Source: Glaucostegus cemiculus (Eukaryota). Taken from it: 64,000 nt of DNA. How positions within the stretch are numbered: the first letter of the stretch is position 1; every line of letters begins with the position of its first letter. Below are positions 1 through 13,647 of the stretch, in pieces. The DNA is taken from positions 18,042,001 to 18,106,000 of the forward strand of contig CDPCPM010000050.1 in NCBI GenBank assembly GCA_976551045.1, written 5' to 3'. Both the position numbers and the translations under genes were made by a program. Under the pieces are notes generated by a model, which made no database searches, was not told the origin of the DNA, and worked only from the letters and a program-made list of their open reading frames with translations.

Positions 1-100
1 TAGACGGATATGTGGGAGGAAAGGGTTAGATAATGAGGTGTGGTCTGATGGACGGCACAACATGGAGGGCCGAAGGGCCTGTATTGTGCTGTATTGTTCT
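1..100 (+). mobile_element. CR1-type LINE/SINE 3' tail fragment
   Basis: gggccgaagggcctgtattgtgctgtattgttct, the tail motif shared with other CR1 and SINE ends in this window. Confidence 0.6.
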
Positions 101-570
101 AAATCACTTTGAAAGATGTAACCCCTTCTAACAGGTAATATTCTCACCTGAAATCTGCAAGACTCAGTTGCAACTTCTTCCTGGCTTTATTTCTAGTAAT
201 ATAGTTCGTAGCTGCTCCTCTTTCATACTAATAGAAAAAGAAATCAATGTTTTATTTGTTACAGTATACAAATTATGATTTCACTTGGTGGAAGTGGAAC
301 CATGAAGTGGTAGCACAAAGTCCCTGACAGCAACAGGGGTGACAGTACATGGTGAAGGCAGATCACCTGGATTCAGCACTGGATGGGGTGGGGGTGGGGG
401 TGGGGGGGGGGGGAGGGGAGTGTTGACAGGTTACAGCAACCTGTGGGGTGGGGAAGGGGGTCCATTTGTCACAGCGGCAGGGGAGCGTCGACTGGAGTTG
501 GAGGGTGTACTGGTTACAACCTAGTTAGAGAGAGGGGTCCAACAGGTCATGGTAACGGGAGAGGGAATGG

Positions 571-1243
571 TTGATGGGAAGAGGATGGTGGGGTAGGATT
601 AGTGGGGGTGGTGGGAGAGGGGTAAGGATTGGTGGGGGTGATGAGGAGGGGGTGGGGAAGAGTAGTGGGGAAGGATTTGTGGGATGGGGGCAAGGGTGGT
701 GGGGAAGGGTAACGGGGAGGGGTGGTGATGGGGTGGGGACAGGGGCGGTGGAGAAGGATTGGTGGGGCGGGGTTGATGGCGAGGGGAAGGACTGGTGAGG
801 AAGGGACAGGGGTGGTGGTGGGGTGGGGACAGGGGTGGTGGAGAGGGGAAGGGGTGGTGGGGAAGGAACAGGAGTGGGGACAGGGGTGGTGGGGAAGGAT
901 TGGTGGGGGAAGGATTGGTGATGGGTGGGGGTGGTGGGGAAGGATTGGTGGGGGACGGGGGGTGGTGGGAGGGGGTGGGGACGGGGGCTGGTGGGGAGGG
1001 GGTGGGGACAGGGGTGGGGACGGGGGCTGGTGGGGAGGGGGTGGGGACAGGGGGTGGTGGGGACGGGGGTGGGGACGGGGGGTGGTGGGGACGGGGGTGG
1101 GGACGGGGGGTGGTGGGGAGGGGGTGGGGACGGGGGGTGGTGGGGAGGGGGTGGGGACGGGGGGTGGTGGGGAGGGGGTGGGGACGGGGGGTGGTGGGGA
1201 GGGGGTGGGGAGGGGGTGGGGACGGGGGGTGGTGGGGAGGGAG
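571..1243. repeat. G-rich (plus strand) minisatellite in PES1 intron 1
   Basis: Units of about 28 nt such as ggtggtggggagggggtggggacggggg, homogeneous at about 960-1240 and degenerate (ggggaaggattggtgggg) toward 571. Confidence 0.9.
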
Positions 1244-1244
1244 T

Positions 1245-1720
1245 TCCAGCGACCGGACGGGGTGTCCCTCCTCACGGCAACCGATTGAGGAGGGGGGGTC
1301 CCGGTTACAGTTCACGAGTTCAGCCCCGACGCCCCCCCACCCCGCCGGCCGCCCCGACACCGAACGAACCTTCTTCTTCTCCAGACCCCCCATTTTGTCG
1401 CCGCCGCCAGGCTCCGCACATGGGCAGCAAGGAAGGACCTCGGGCCTTCCACGGCCGGCCGCCGCCGCACCCGAATCTCGGTGAGCTGCAGTGTTGAATT
1501 CAACGATAACGTTGACCGTTTTATTTAAACTAGACGAACGTCTTGCCCTGAAATAAAATCGGCTATTGTGAATTAATGACAGGCAGTCTGTGGGTCGCAC
1601 GCTGGCCCTGGTGGATGACGTCGGCTGTGGGGAGTTGTCCGCTGTTGTGGTGGAGAGAGAAATGTCAGCGCCGCTGAAAGCGTTGACCTAACGACACTAA
1701 TAATACACAAAGCTTTTTTT
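1245..1720. promoter_or_regulatory. CpG island / PES1 promoter and 5' UTR
   Basis: Dense CpG (ccgccgcc, cggccggcc) against a CpG-poor background, surrounding the PES1 ATG. CRE-like TGACGTC near 1616. Confidence 0.75.
1370..1393 (-). CDS. PES1: PES1 (pescadillo homolog) coding exon 1; gene continues beyond the left edge
   Basis: Minus strand reads aaaATG GGG GGT CTG GAG AAG AAG AAG|GTTCGT = MGGLEKKK followed by a GT donor. This matches the N-terminus of vertebrate pescadillo as I recall it, lies in a CpG island, and PES1 is linked to CASTOR1 on human 22q12. Only 8 codons are visible. Confidence 0.85.
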
Positions 1721-2984
1721 CTTTTCGTAGATATATTTTATTATGACTAAAGTTTATTTCTGCAATAAAAGCACTGCAGAAGGAAGTTTCTTCAAGTTGC
1801 TGCAGGGGATTGTGAACAGCTTCCACCTGTGGTCCAGATGCATTGCCGCCTTCTCACCCCCCAAACCCTAAACTTAAAAAGAAGTGCAGATGCTGGAAAA
1901 CAAAACGTTGGAAACACTCAGCAGGTCAGGTAGCATTGGCATTGGTTTATTATTGCCACATGTACCGAGGTAGGGTGAGGAGCTTTTTTCAGAACATCCA
2001 GACAGATCGTGCCATACATCGTAGAATGACAGTAAACAAACGATGACTAACATTAATGAATTAATATATAATTTACAAATTTTATCTATATACTATTACG
2101 GGAAATGATGGCTGCCAGGAAAAGTGTCCGGCCATGGCTATTAAGGGAAGTTACAGATATTAGATCAAAGGAGCCCCTTATGAGAAACATTAAAAAAAAA
2201 GACTTGAAGCTTCTATTGATACGTAAAAGGTAAAATATTAACTAAAGATAGTATGGATCCTTCATAGACTGAGACAGGGGAAATTATATTGGGGTATAAA
2301 GAAAGTGACATAAATTAAACAATGATTTTGTGTCTGAAAGAAGATACATAACAAATGCTGGAAATAGTGAAGACTACAGATCTGGAATGAATGAAGATTC
2401 ATCTAGCATTGTGATTCCATCACAATCTTCTAACTTGTTTTGTAGATGGCACATAAAGACCACATTTTGCTCAGTATCCAACATCCAACGTGCTCTCTGT
2501 AGTCAGTTTGGAATTTCTTAGTCAGTAATGATCTCATTGACAGTAATGTACTTGCAATTGCTGTTGTTGAAGGTCAGAGGAAGAGGTGCGACTCTTTCTT
2601 ATTAGACAAGCTAGAGAATTTGCCCAAATAATGGACTTCATCTTTATCTTAATCTATTGAGATAATTAAGTAACCACAGCTGAACCTCCAGAGAGAGAAA
2701 ACTAAAGGTTTTCTAAAGATTCCATATCAAAATCAAATAAAATCTTAGTGTCATAGAGTTATACAGCATGGAAACGGCCTGTTGGCCCAAGTTTGTCCAT
2801 GCTGACCAAGTTGTCTACCTGAGCTAGTTCGATTTGCCTGTGTTTGGCCCATATCCCTCTAAACCTTTCCAAGCACCTGTCCTTTCAATATCATCCATAT
2901 ATATACATTACAGTAGTCACTTGAATATGTTACACTCCATTTCCCACACAGTTGTTCTCACTCTTTCCATTCCCTCCCAGGGTC

Positions 2985-3840
2985 ATGGAGACACAAGAGA
3001 CTGCAGATGCCAGAATCTGGAGCAACAAACAATGTGCAGAGGGCCATGCAGCATTTGTGGGAGGAAAGAAATTGTTGATGTTTCAGGTTCAAACCCTGCA
3101 TTAGGACTCAACACATTGTTTGTTGTTCCTTCCAGAATCATAATGGGTTCCCATTTTCCAGCCCAACATCGTCAACGTTCAACAGATTACCCTCACCCAT
3201 TTCTAGATTTACCAATGCAACACCATACACACCTTCTCCTTCCCCTCTGTCCATGGTTCAAACTCTAGTTTATTCCCCAATGACCATTGACACAACTTCC
3301 CAATGGCGGCTTCCCATGGACCAACAGGAGATGCGACATTTGCTTCTTACCATTCCCTTCTTATCATCAAGGACCCAATCACATTTCCCAGATCAAACAC
3401 TGATGTATTTGCACTTTATTGTATTTGTGGCTCTACACCAGGGAGACCAAATAAAGATTTCGTGACCACTTTGTAGTATTTCTCTGTTCAGTCTGTGGGA
3501 ATGAGTTCCAGCTACTTTCAGCTTTAATTCCCTGCTCCTCTCCAATTTTGATTGTTTTGTTCTCAGCCACCTGTAATTCACATTCTGCTACCCTCAATAA
3601 CATCCCCATTATTCCACTCTTTCATTTGTTTCCTTATCCCTTTGGCAACCTCTTTGCCTTGAACTATTATTCCTTTGGTCATTTAATCTCTCACACTCAA
3701 CTGTATCTTCCCTGTAGTTTCCTCCATTCCTTCACCCTTTATTTGTATTTCCGAACTTGCTCTGTTGATGTGAAGTGTTTATTCCGTTTGCTTTTCCATG
3801 GATGCTGCATGAGCTGTTGAATATTTCCAGCAAACAGAGG
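2985..3840 (+). mobile_element. Decayed Penelope-like element with an inverted terminal copy
   Basis: 2985-3110 is the family terminus in reverse orientation (ctgcagatgccagaatctggagcaac). 3110-3840 carries degenerate GIY-YIG-like coding (ETK..F.DHF) and the forward terminus (gatgctgc...tttccagca). Confidence 0.55.
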
Positions 3841-6279
3841 TATTTTGGTTTTGAATTTAATACATATTCATTTTGTGAATCTATCTGAGTAAAGGCAAAC
3901 AGGTACCAGAAGGCATATAGGATATCATTTCAAGACATATAAGTGAATGAGACACCAATAATTACAAATGGTGAACATACACGAGAAAGGGATTTAAAGG
4001 TTGAGACAAGAGTACAGATAAAAGCAATAATACATTTTTGAAGTTCAGGTCAGATTGCATTGACAGGCCATCTAAGTTTCGTTCTTTCAATTTACAATCT
4101 TATCTGAAGCCCTTGATGTATTGCTGCCTGTGAAGTTCTTTTGAAACAGGTATTTGAACAGTAGCACAAACTTTTCATTTACTCTTTCAGTCATATTGCT
4201 AACTAAAGAATACTGGGTTGAGTAAATTACAGCAAAATTATTATCACCAGAGTTTTTAAAACCATTGATGAGACCTAGTTGGTCTCATAGCTCATCTCTT
4301 GTGCAATGACTGGTCTCTGTTAATTTGCTGGTTGGTTTTTATTTTAATTAATTTATGGAATCAACTTTGTTTGCATGTCTAGGACCAAGCAAGAGCTTGC
4401 CAGTTATAATTTACTAAAGGAGTGTTTGTGCCAAAACCTTACACAGTAAAACCACAATACAAATGCCCGAATTTTAACAAAGTTTGCTTTCCCTATCAAT
4501 CTCCTACTCTACAAATCACACACCCCTTACTGTTTAAAAACATATAAACCTGATTATTTTGTGTTATTTTATTTAAATTAATTTTAATGCAGCTTTAGAC
4601 AAGATTTCAGTAAAATAAAATCACTTGTTCGGAACTTTGAATTTTTATTAATTGAATCAACCCAGAAATGAAAAGCTAAATTGTGTTTTTTTTTGAGAAA
4701 TGTGCAGCAAGTGGTGTTGTGGTGTTGGTTTGGGTGGGGAAGGAAAGGTGACAGTCCTTGTGTCTGTGGGTTATGACTTTCCATGTGGAGTCCCAAAGAG
4801 GTAATTTGAGATCTCAGTGCACAATCTGTACTCTGTGCTGTTATTGTTTTTACCCATACCACCTCAATGCATTCTGTACTAACCCAATGTAACTGCACTG
4901 TGTAATGAATTGACCTATACGATCGGTATGCAAGGCAAATTTTTTCACTGTACTTTGGTACAAGTGACAATAATAAACCAAGACTAGTACCAATCAATTA
5001 AAGGCATAGAGAAAAGGATGAAGCACATGCTAAGGAGGCTAGGGAAACAAGTCATGCTGTATTCTGGTTCATTCTTTCTAACCTTTAACAATCTAGCAAT
5101 ATAGGGAGAGGACTGAAAGAAGATGAGTATGAATGGCTTCTTAACATAAAGTGAACAAAATCCAGAACTTTTATGAACTTTATATATTCTCATTTTCCTT
5201 GCTATTTTGTTTCCATATAAAAGGCGCATTTCCCATAATTTATTCTGTCCAGAGCATGTTGTTTAATGACATAAGTGGGAGTGTACTCCAGAGATCTTAA
5301 TAACTGGAACATTGACTGTTTACAAGGACTATTTAAACTTGCAATAGTGTGATGTTCTACTGCCATCCTGTGGCTCTGGGTGTAACAACTAACACACTTA
5401 GCCACTCATCAATGTAATTGCAAGCATGCATGAATAGCAATTCATGGAATTTTTTTCTCCAACCTGTACACCTCCTGAAGTTTGAATCTCATAGATTTAT
5501 CATTTTGTAAATATCTTGAAGAAAGCTACATGAAATGCCGTCGTATTTGTTGATTTTCTCTTTGGAGTTTTTCCCACCTGCACTGAGAGCCTGTGCTTTC
5601 GTGGATAGAGAAGAAAATGAAATTGGATGTAAGCTTGTTTGTGTCATGTCTAAAAATGCCATATTCCTTTTGTGGATTTCACAATTGTCCCTATGGGCAT
5701 TCCTGTGGTAGGTGAAACCAACTATACCAAGAAGGGGACTTCGTAACCTCCTCTTCCGGGGAAAATATTCAACAAGTGCCCTGGCAAAGAAAGATGGAAC
5801 ATCAGCCTAATTCTAATGAAAACATATGTCTGGAAGCGTTGGTTTCTTACATTTGGGCCTGATTACAACAGACTGCAGTCCACTGGCCACTTATGAAGTC
5901 ATGCACTGATTTCCTCCAAGATCTTCAGGTGCAATGAACAGCCAGTGTAAAGCTAATTGGATAGGAGGAATAGGCTGTCTTCTCTAAGGAATAAAGCAGC
6001 TGGAATATGATAAATGTACAGATCACAGTCTTTTGTTGGTCTGGGGCACATTTCCAGAACTTATTGATCCTCCAAGTTTGATTTTATATTGTTTTGTTAA
6101 TGTCTAAACTTCTACAAACAAAGTCAAGGAGACCCACAGCAGCAGGAGCAGTTAGTATTATGCTGGTTGGAATCCATTTTAGTTGGAAATGCTTTTACTG
6201 CAAGGCCAGAATTTAATCCCTCAATATGGGAAAATTCTGAGACAAATTTCAGTAAAAAAAACCCTTTTGTTATAAAACA

Positions 6280-6930
6280 ACAAAAAATGTTCCTTTACAT
6301 AACATTTTAATGTAGTAAAAAATGTGTTCACGGAATTGTAATCAAAATATGATACTGGCCCACATAGGAGCTATTAAACCAGCTGGCCAAAAGCTTAATC
6401 AGAAGCAGGTTTTAAGGAATACCTTATTAGAAGAAAGAGAAGGAATGTGGTGGAAAAGGCCTTGGGAGAAATTTCCAGAGCACAGGACTTTGTCAGCAGC
6501 AAGGAGCAATTAAAATAATAGATGTACAAGAGTGCAGAATCAGAGGTGGATATTTTGAAATATTATGAGGGTGGGAAAGGCTATGAAAAAAATTACAAAT
6601 AAGAACAAGAATTTCAAAATGAAAGCTTTGTTTAACCTGGAACCAATTTGGGTCAACAAGCACAATAGTGGTAGGATCCATTAGGAATTGAAACAAAGTG
6701 GGAGTGTTTTCTAAAGATGCATGGAAGATTTTAGGTCAGTAGGGTGCTGGACTAGTCAAGTTTGGAATTAACAGAGAAAGATGAGTTTCAGCAGTAGGTA
6801 ATCTGAAGCAAGAGTGGGGTACGTCAATGAATGTGAACTTAGTGATGGCAACGTGTATGACTGGAAGCTCTTCACAGGGTCAGAGATGACACCTAGGTTG
6901 CATGTAGCTCAGCTTGGTTTCAGAAGAGAG
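6280..6930 (-). mobile_element. Old L2-like LINE 3' fragment
   Basis: aggttttaaggaat...gggagaaatttccagagc resembles the reverse complement of L2 3' ends. The same family appears forward at 42130-42990. Confidence 0.45.
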
Positions 6931-7890
6931 AATAATGATGTAACCAGGCAATTATTTGGGTATAAGACTTCAGCTCGAAGAAGAACTTAAATTGCTAAAT
7001 AGCATGCACCAATGTGACTACACATCATATTAGTACAATAAGAGACTGCTCCTGTTGTTATTCTCAAAATGTACATATTATAAGGGACCAGCAGATGATC
7101 TTATTGAATAAAATTAATGTATGTGCATGCTTCATGTGGTCACAGTTCAAAATACATTGAGGGATTACATTTTGTATTGAACATGGATGACTGAATGGTG
7201 TGATCATTAACGAAAAATACTCTGACTTTTTTGAATGATATTTTAGAATTTAAAATCCAAGGATTTTTTTAGCACACCGTCTGACCTTTGGATCTTGGAA
7301 AATCAGTGTCTGTTCAAATTATAGGTCTAAGGTGGCATTTCACAGTCACCGTAGCAGGACATTCCAGTACTACCTTTCAGATTGTACAAGGGTCCTGCTA
7401 CATTCCAGCAGCTACGAATGATTTTTGTGTTGTAAAGGCAATGCCTTTGTGACAGCATCCTCCATATTTAACCAAGTGAATGAAGTACAGGAATGTTCTG
7501 GCTATAGAAAACAGGAATTAATATAAAGCTAACAAAAAACAACTTCTTATGAAAAGAAGTAACACTATTAGAACATATTCTTTTTCACTGATGCGATTAA
7601 ACAGAATCCTGAAAACATAACAGGTACAAGTATTTTTTTTTTGCATAAAAAGTAACACCAAATGTCAGACAATTTTACAGACTGGCAGAATACTATTGAC
7701 ATTGAATGCAGATTATACCGTTATTTTTGAACCACTAATTGCATTTACCAAATGAAGTATACAGTTTGTGTGGTTTATAGGGCTCAGAAGGATTCTTGAT
7801 TTTGAAGAGTTTTACCAATTAAATACTACAATTGGGAACATGACACAGAGCATCAGATTTGGCTTTAGTGCAAAGGTATGTTTGGTTGCT

Positions 7891-8220
7891 GGATGGCACA
7901 GTGGTGCTGTAGGTAGCGTAGCTATGTTACAGCTCCAGCAACCCAGGTTTGATGTTGGTCTCTGGTACTCTATGTGTGGAGTGCATATGTTCTCCTTTTG
8001 TTTCCTACAGATCCTTTGGTTTCCTTCCAATATTCCAAGGACATACTGGTAGTAACGCTAATTGGTTATAGTAAATTGCCCTAAGTGTTGGTGGCTGATG
8101 GGAGAATTGGGGATGTTAATGGGCCTATGTAAGAGAATATATCACAGGAAAATAAATGGGGATTGGGATTAATGGGCTTCTTTGAGAGTTAATGGGCCAA
8201 GTTCTTTGTTGTATGAAATT
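7891..8220 (+). mobile_element. Decayed tRNA-derived V-SINE
   Basis: tRNA-like head (ggcacagtggtg...cagctccagcaacccaggtttgat) plus a V-domain remnant (ggtttccttccaatattccaagg). Confidence 0.6.
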
Positions 8221-8436
8221 GTATCATAAGGAATTCCGAGGGAGGATACCAAAGCAGATCATTCAAAACACAAATTAGACCTTTTTAAGAAATTATTATT
8301 TTATGTAATAGTAAATTAATAATTTGAATGAAGCCATATGTCAAATGTAGCGTAATTTTGAAGAACGGGTGACTTTGAATGTGTAATTCCCAAAGGTTCG
8401 TCCTTCATTGATGTGTCCCTCACCTCCTGTCCCTGA

Positions 8437-8870
8437 CTATATGATAATCCGGCATCTGATTGTTCAGAAATCCTGATGGTTCAGTATCTGGAACACGAGT
8501 GGGGTCTAGAGTGCAAGCAGGAAGTGTGGCCAGAGCCAGGGTCTGAAGTGCGGCTGGGGCCACAGTTTGGACAATGGGTCTGGTGCATTGCCAGAGCTGG
8601 GGTCATGATCCGCAACACTGGGGTCAGTAATATGGTTAGATTTGTGGCTGGAGAAGGTATACAGAGTACTAGTTTACTTCCTGCTCCCTTTAAACTCACT
8701 GGATTCACTGGATGGATAGTAAATATAGACTTTGTCAGAAACACAACATATTAAAAAAAGAGAAGTAAAAGGATTTGGGTATTGATAGGAGTAACATCCA
8801 ATAGTCTGGAAAACCTGCCAGTCCAGTACCAAAAAAAATCCCAAGGGTGCCAGATTATCAACGCTTCCTG
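8437..8870. mobile_element. Possible decayed MITE (Tc1/mariner-pogo type)
   Basis: gataatccggca (about 8443) and tgccagattatc (about 8847) form a 12-bp inverted repeat with 1 mismatch around a non-coding interior. Confidence 0.35.
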
Positions 8871-9499
8871 CATTGATAAGAGATTGATTTCCATGAAAAG
8901 ACAGCATTATCTTTATTTTTGTATCATGTGTCCTGACTGACAGAACCAGGTAGGCCTTAGTCAACTAATGGTTCCTAACTACCTCAGTAGAAGACTGCAT
9001 GGTTGGAAGAGGACGCTTTTAATGTTAATGGTTATTACAGCCACTTCTGTGTCACATTAGCAAGTCATTTGCACATTGCTGGCAGGATATGTGCATGCCC
9101 TGTGCCCAATTATGTGGGTGATTCAGTACCCATCTCATGGAAAGAGGAGGTCACATTTGAGGGGTAGCAACATTTCTATAAAGTTTCATAAAGTTAGATA
9201 TTATGCTTCTGCCTAAATTCCACATTGCATTTTCCATTAAAAGTTGTGTTGCCCTTTAAAGCTGAATCTTCATTTGGGCTTGCATCTGATCCTGAGACAA
9301 CTGGCTAATCCCTTGGTGCTGAGCCTGCTGAGAATTTATAGATTATGGGAAGCTGGATACATGGATGCATTCCACATACACATCAGCTGTATGCTGCCTG
9401 ATTAAGCCTGATTAAAAGGATGGAAAGTCAAAGAACTTACGTTGTACCTCTTATCATCCATGATTTTAGGTACTGTGCATGGCAAGATTTACATTGCAA

Positions 9500-10190
9500 T
9501 GCACACAAAGTGCTGGAGGAACTCAGCAGGTCAGGCAGCATCTGTGGAGGGAAATGAACAATCAAAGTTTTGGGACGAGACCCTTCATCAGGACTAGAAT
9601 GGAAGAGGGCAGAAGCCAGAATAAAAGGGGAGGGGGAGGGGGAGGAGCAAGAGCTGGCAGGTGATAGGTGAGTCCAGGTGAGAGGGGGAAGCTAGGTAGG
9701 TGGGGGAGTGGGTTGAAAGGGAATGATATCAGAAGCTGGGAGGTGATAGGTGGAAGAGGCAAAGGGCTGAAGAAGAAGGAATCTGATAGAAGAGGATAGT
9801 AGGCCATGGATTAAATGGTGGCAGGTCGTGAGGGCAGGGGAGGGGAAAGAGAAGGGGTGAAGGGGCCACAGGAATGAGGGAAGACAAAGTGGGGGGGGGG
9901 GAATTACCAGAAGAGAAATCAATGTTGATGATGTCAGGTTGGAAACTACCAATATGGAATATGATGTGGTACTCCTCCAACCTGCATCTGGCCTCAAAGT
10001 GGCAGTAGAGGAGGCCATGGATAGACATGTCGGTATGGGAATGGGAAGTGGAATTGAAGTGGCTGGCCACTGGGATATCCTGGCTGTTGCGGCAGATGGA
10101 GCATAGGTGCTTGATGAAGTGGTCCCCCAGACTACATCGGGTCTCACCAATGAGGTGGAGGCTGCACTGAGAGCACCGGATGCAATTTCA
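9500..10190 (-). mobile_element. Penelope-like element 3' fragment (GIY-YIG endonuclease C-terminus plus pseudo-LTR)
   Basis: Minus strand encodes CIRCSQCSLHLIGETR and ASHFNSTSHSHTDMSIHGLLYC...LEEYHIIFHIGSFQPDIINIDFS, typical of the PLE GIY-YIG tail. Decayed hammerhead motif at about 9560-9596. Confidence 0.8.
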
Positions 10191-12754
10191 CATTGCATTG
10201 TGTATGGAGCCAGAACACACACGATACCTTTTCATTTAATAGGAATGTAATAGCAATACTTTCTTCTGTGATCTATTGATGAGTGATTTGTTAAGTATGG
10301 ATGAAATGTTCTTGACAGGCACTTACATCTGTTTCAAATGATAATACGCTACAATCAACTGACTAAAAAGAACAAAATACTTCTGGTATTACCTTAATTC
10401 ATTTTTAAACGGATCAGTGACAGTGAATATAAAACACAAGACTACGTAACTGGTGTAAGTTTCTTTTGTGGTTGGATGAATTGATCTAACTACACAAAGG
10501 CTTTTTCAAGACCATTGTATCTACTGGAAGCAATTTGTATGCAAAAAACATATATTGTCCAGGCTCCTAAGGAATTAGTGTTTACTTTTGGCTGTTATTT
10601 ACTAGATGATAAGGGTATTTTCAATATAGTCAAATCCGTTTGGAATACGGTGACAAAAGTTGCTTATAATGAGAGTTATTTTTGTTATATTTGTTTAAGG
10701 AATTTGAGCATTTCTGACCAAATCCATATTTACTGTCCATCCACAACTGCCCACAAGATGGTAGTGGTATGTCACCTTCTTGAACTGTAGTCCTGTGTTG
10801 TAACTTGAAAAGATTGTCGCCTCAATTTTTAGATGCACTTCGTGCTGCTCCTGGCAAGCTCTTCTATACCACCCATTGAACTTGGATTGGTTCCTTAGCT
10901 TGATGATTGGTAGGAGGGATTTGCTTAGTTATGCAGTTACATAATATGGTATGTACTGGGAATAATTATATGACTGCAGTAAAGCCAAAACAGCTTTCGA
11001 TATTATAACATGAAATGAATTATTCTAAATCAGATTTGTTTTATATTATGAAAAAGTCAGAAATGTCATTTAATATTTTAGTTTTGATAGTGTTATTGCT
11101 GGGTGAAAAATAAGTGGGTAGTTTAGTGACTCATTCTGAACATTAAACATTTCCAATTTCAAGTTGTAAGGTATAGATGAAATGTCTCAGAAATGTGTCC
11201 TATCCTCATTAACTGGAGAACAAAATCAATGGCAGTATTTATTATATTCCCCTCTTCAACAAAGTTGATGTAGAGGCTTTCAATGCAAGATTACCTGTTT
11301 GGCATCAAAACAGAATCAATTTTGGTTTTTTTAATAAATTTTTTTTGGAGATGTGGGTGTTAACTACAAAGACCAGCACTTATTGACCACCTTTGATTGC
11401 TCTTACAAAGCTGATTATGAAGTCATTGTGCTGAAATGCTGCAGTCTTTCAGGTGAAGGTACTTCCACAGTGTAGTTGGGAAGGGAATTTCAGAATTTGG
11501 ACCCGATGAAGATGAAAGGATAGCTTATGATTCCAACTCAGGAGAAGGTGTTATGTTGATATGAGAACATGCCAGTGGAGATGTTCTCTGTCCTTGTTCT
11601 TCTTTACATAGAGCTGGCTTAGGTGGACCTACTGTGTACTGTTGGTAGAGACAACAAAGGTGAACTTGCTAGCAATCAAGCAATTTGTACCATGCACTTA
11701 AGCTCCCTGGTTGGTTTGAACAGTGTGGAAACTATCTGACTACTTTGTGGTGGATCATAGCCTGGTGAATGTAATGTAATTCCTGACTCCCTCAAAGTTC
11801 AGGATAAGCATGATGCTACACATTTTTATTGTGCCTTCTTAATCGTTGAAAGAGAATGATGGGCTTTCTCCTTAAACTCCTGCTGGCCTCTCATGAAAGC
11901 TAAATAGGACTTTGGGTATTTTGATACAGAAGCAACAAAGAAATAGTGCTCTGTTTATGTCTTGTTAACTTGTTGCATTGGGAAAACATTATTAATGAGT
12001 TTTACATTATAATTTTCAATGGAGGCAGATATGATAGAGGTGCTTAAGAGGCTATTAGATAGGCACATGAATATGTAGAGAATGGAGAGATGTGAAGGCA
12101 TGTGAAGGCAGAATGGATTAGTGTAATTTGATATTATTAGCTTAATTAGTTCAGCACAACATCATGGGTGAAGGGCCTGTTCTATGTTATGTTCTATGAT
12201 CTATGTGAGGCATTATTCTCACATCAAAATCAATTGTCATTTTATAATAATTTACATTGTGATTTTTATTTTAATAAGACAACTACTCGCAGACATTTAA
12301 CTTAAAAACAAAAAATAGCGAGGTGACCATTTAAAGAGATATTATTTACTACTTTATCTATGAAGTGCCCAACATTAGTACCACCATATCCCTCTACCCT
12401 TCTACCTCAACTGCAACAACTCGGCTTTTTTCAGTAGTATGTGTGTGGGTGGGGAGGGGGGAGGTGGACATGTATGGGAGGGGTTGTAGGGCTATTAATT
12501 TTCAATAATTTCAGCAGATATTATTGACACATTGAAATCGGAGCTGGAATCCGATTGCTTTCCTTGTTAGCTGAGTTTAGGAGCAGTACAAAAAGATCCA
12601 GCTTAACAAAGAGCCGCCTTCTTGTCTTTTTCGATTTATTGACAAGTGTAAACTATCTTAATGATCATATTAGAAAACAAGAGCTAACCTGGCAATGTAA
12701 ATAATCTGCATCTTTCATTTTAAATTTGTGGTATTCATGAAACAAATTTGTTTT

Positions 12755-13105
12755 AGAATCATTGAATCATAGATACAGTGCATAAACAGGCCCTTCAGCC
12801 CATCGAGTCCATGCTGACCGTCAACCATCCTTTTTACACTAATCGTATATTAATCTCATTAAAAAAAATTCTCCCCACCTTCTCATCAGGGGGAACCTCC
12901 TGCTTACCCACCCTCTCCCCTGTGGCCGCCCCAAGATTCGACCACTCACCATCAGGGACAATTTACAGTGGCCAATTAACTTACCAACCCACACATCATT
13001 GGAAGGTTAGAGAAAACTGGAGCACCCGGAGGAAACCCACACAGTCACAGGGAAAACCTGCAAACTCCACACAGGCAGCATTGGAAGTCACAATCAAACT
13101 TTCTT
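12755..13105 (-). mobile_element. V-SINE
   Basis: Reverse V-domain gaaaactggagcacccggaggaaacccacacagtcacaggg and CR1-like tail acaggcccttcagccc. Confidence 0.7.
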
Positions 13106-13647
13106 TTCAATCCTGAGAGTTTCAGGCTAGGAGTCTCTCATGAGGTCCTTTATTAAATGCTTTGCAAGTCCATATAAGTGATGATCATAATCACTCTGCT
13201 GACCCCTGCTCTAGTTCAATATGCATTTTTGGGAGAGACCCAATATGTACTAATCCAAGGTTTCCCTAGGTTCAGGGTTATAGAGTAGTGAATCTTTTTT
13301 AAGATGAATGAGACAAACACTTGTGTGGAAATGTAGTATTCCCAATCTTATATCACCACGCAAAGGCAGGTTGCATCAATTGAATTAATAATCAAAATAT
13401 AATTGCTGCTCTGTATGTTGACTTGCTGTTTGGTGAAATAAATAGCTTTAAAATTTGCACCTGGTCTCAAAAGTTTATTTTAAGTTTCCCTTACAAAAAA
13501 TACAAGAGATATGTGCATAATCACGTGTGAAAGACGTTATATTTAGTTCTCATGTCAAAGTGCATAGTTACATCTCCTTGAGCTTTGAAACCTGTATGTC
13601 ATCCTCAACCAGAGACAGAGAGAAAAACAAAAAAATGAAAAATCAAC

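Noticed and set aside
987-1033. Two Chi-like GCTGGTGG octamers in the minisatellite
   Set aside because: Expected by chance in G-rich units; Chi has no established role in vertebrates.
547-1600. Long Pro-rich and Gly-rich ORFs (188-333 aa) on both strands
   Set aside because: Artefacts of a stop-free G/C minisatellite; only the MGGLEKKK segment is a credible exon.
5535-5628. ATG-initiated hydrophobic stretch (MPSYLLIFSLEFFPPALRACAF...) ending at a gtaagc donor, considered as a TCN2-like or other first exon
   Set aside because: Poor signal-peptide character, no promoter features and no downstream exons recognised.
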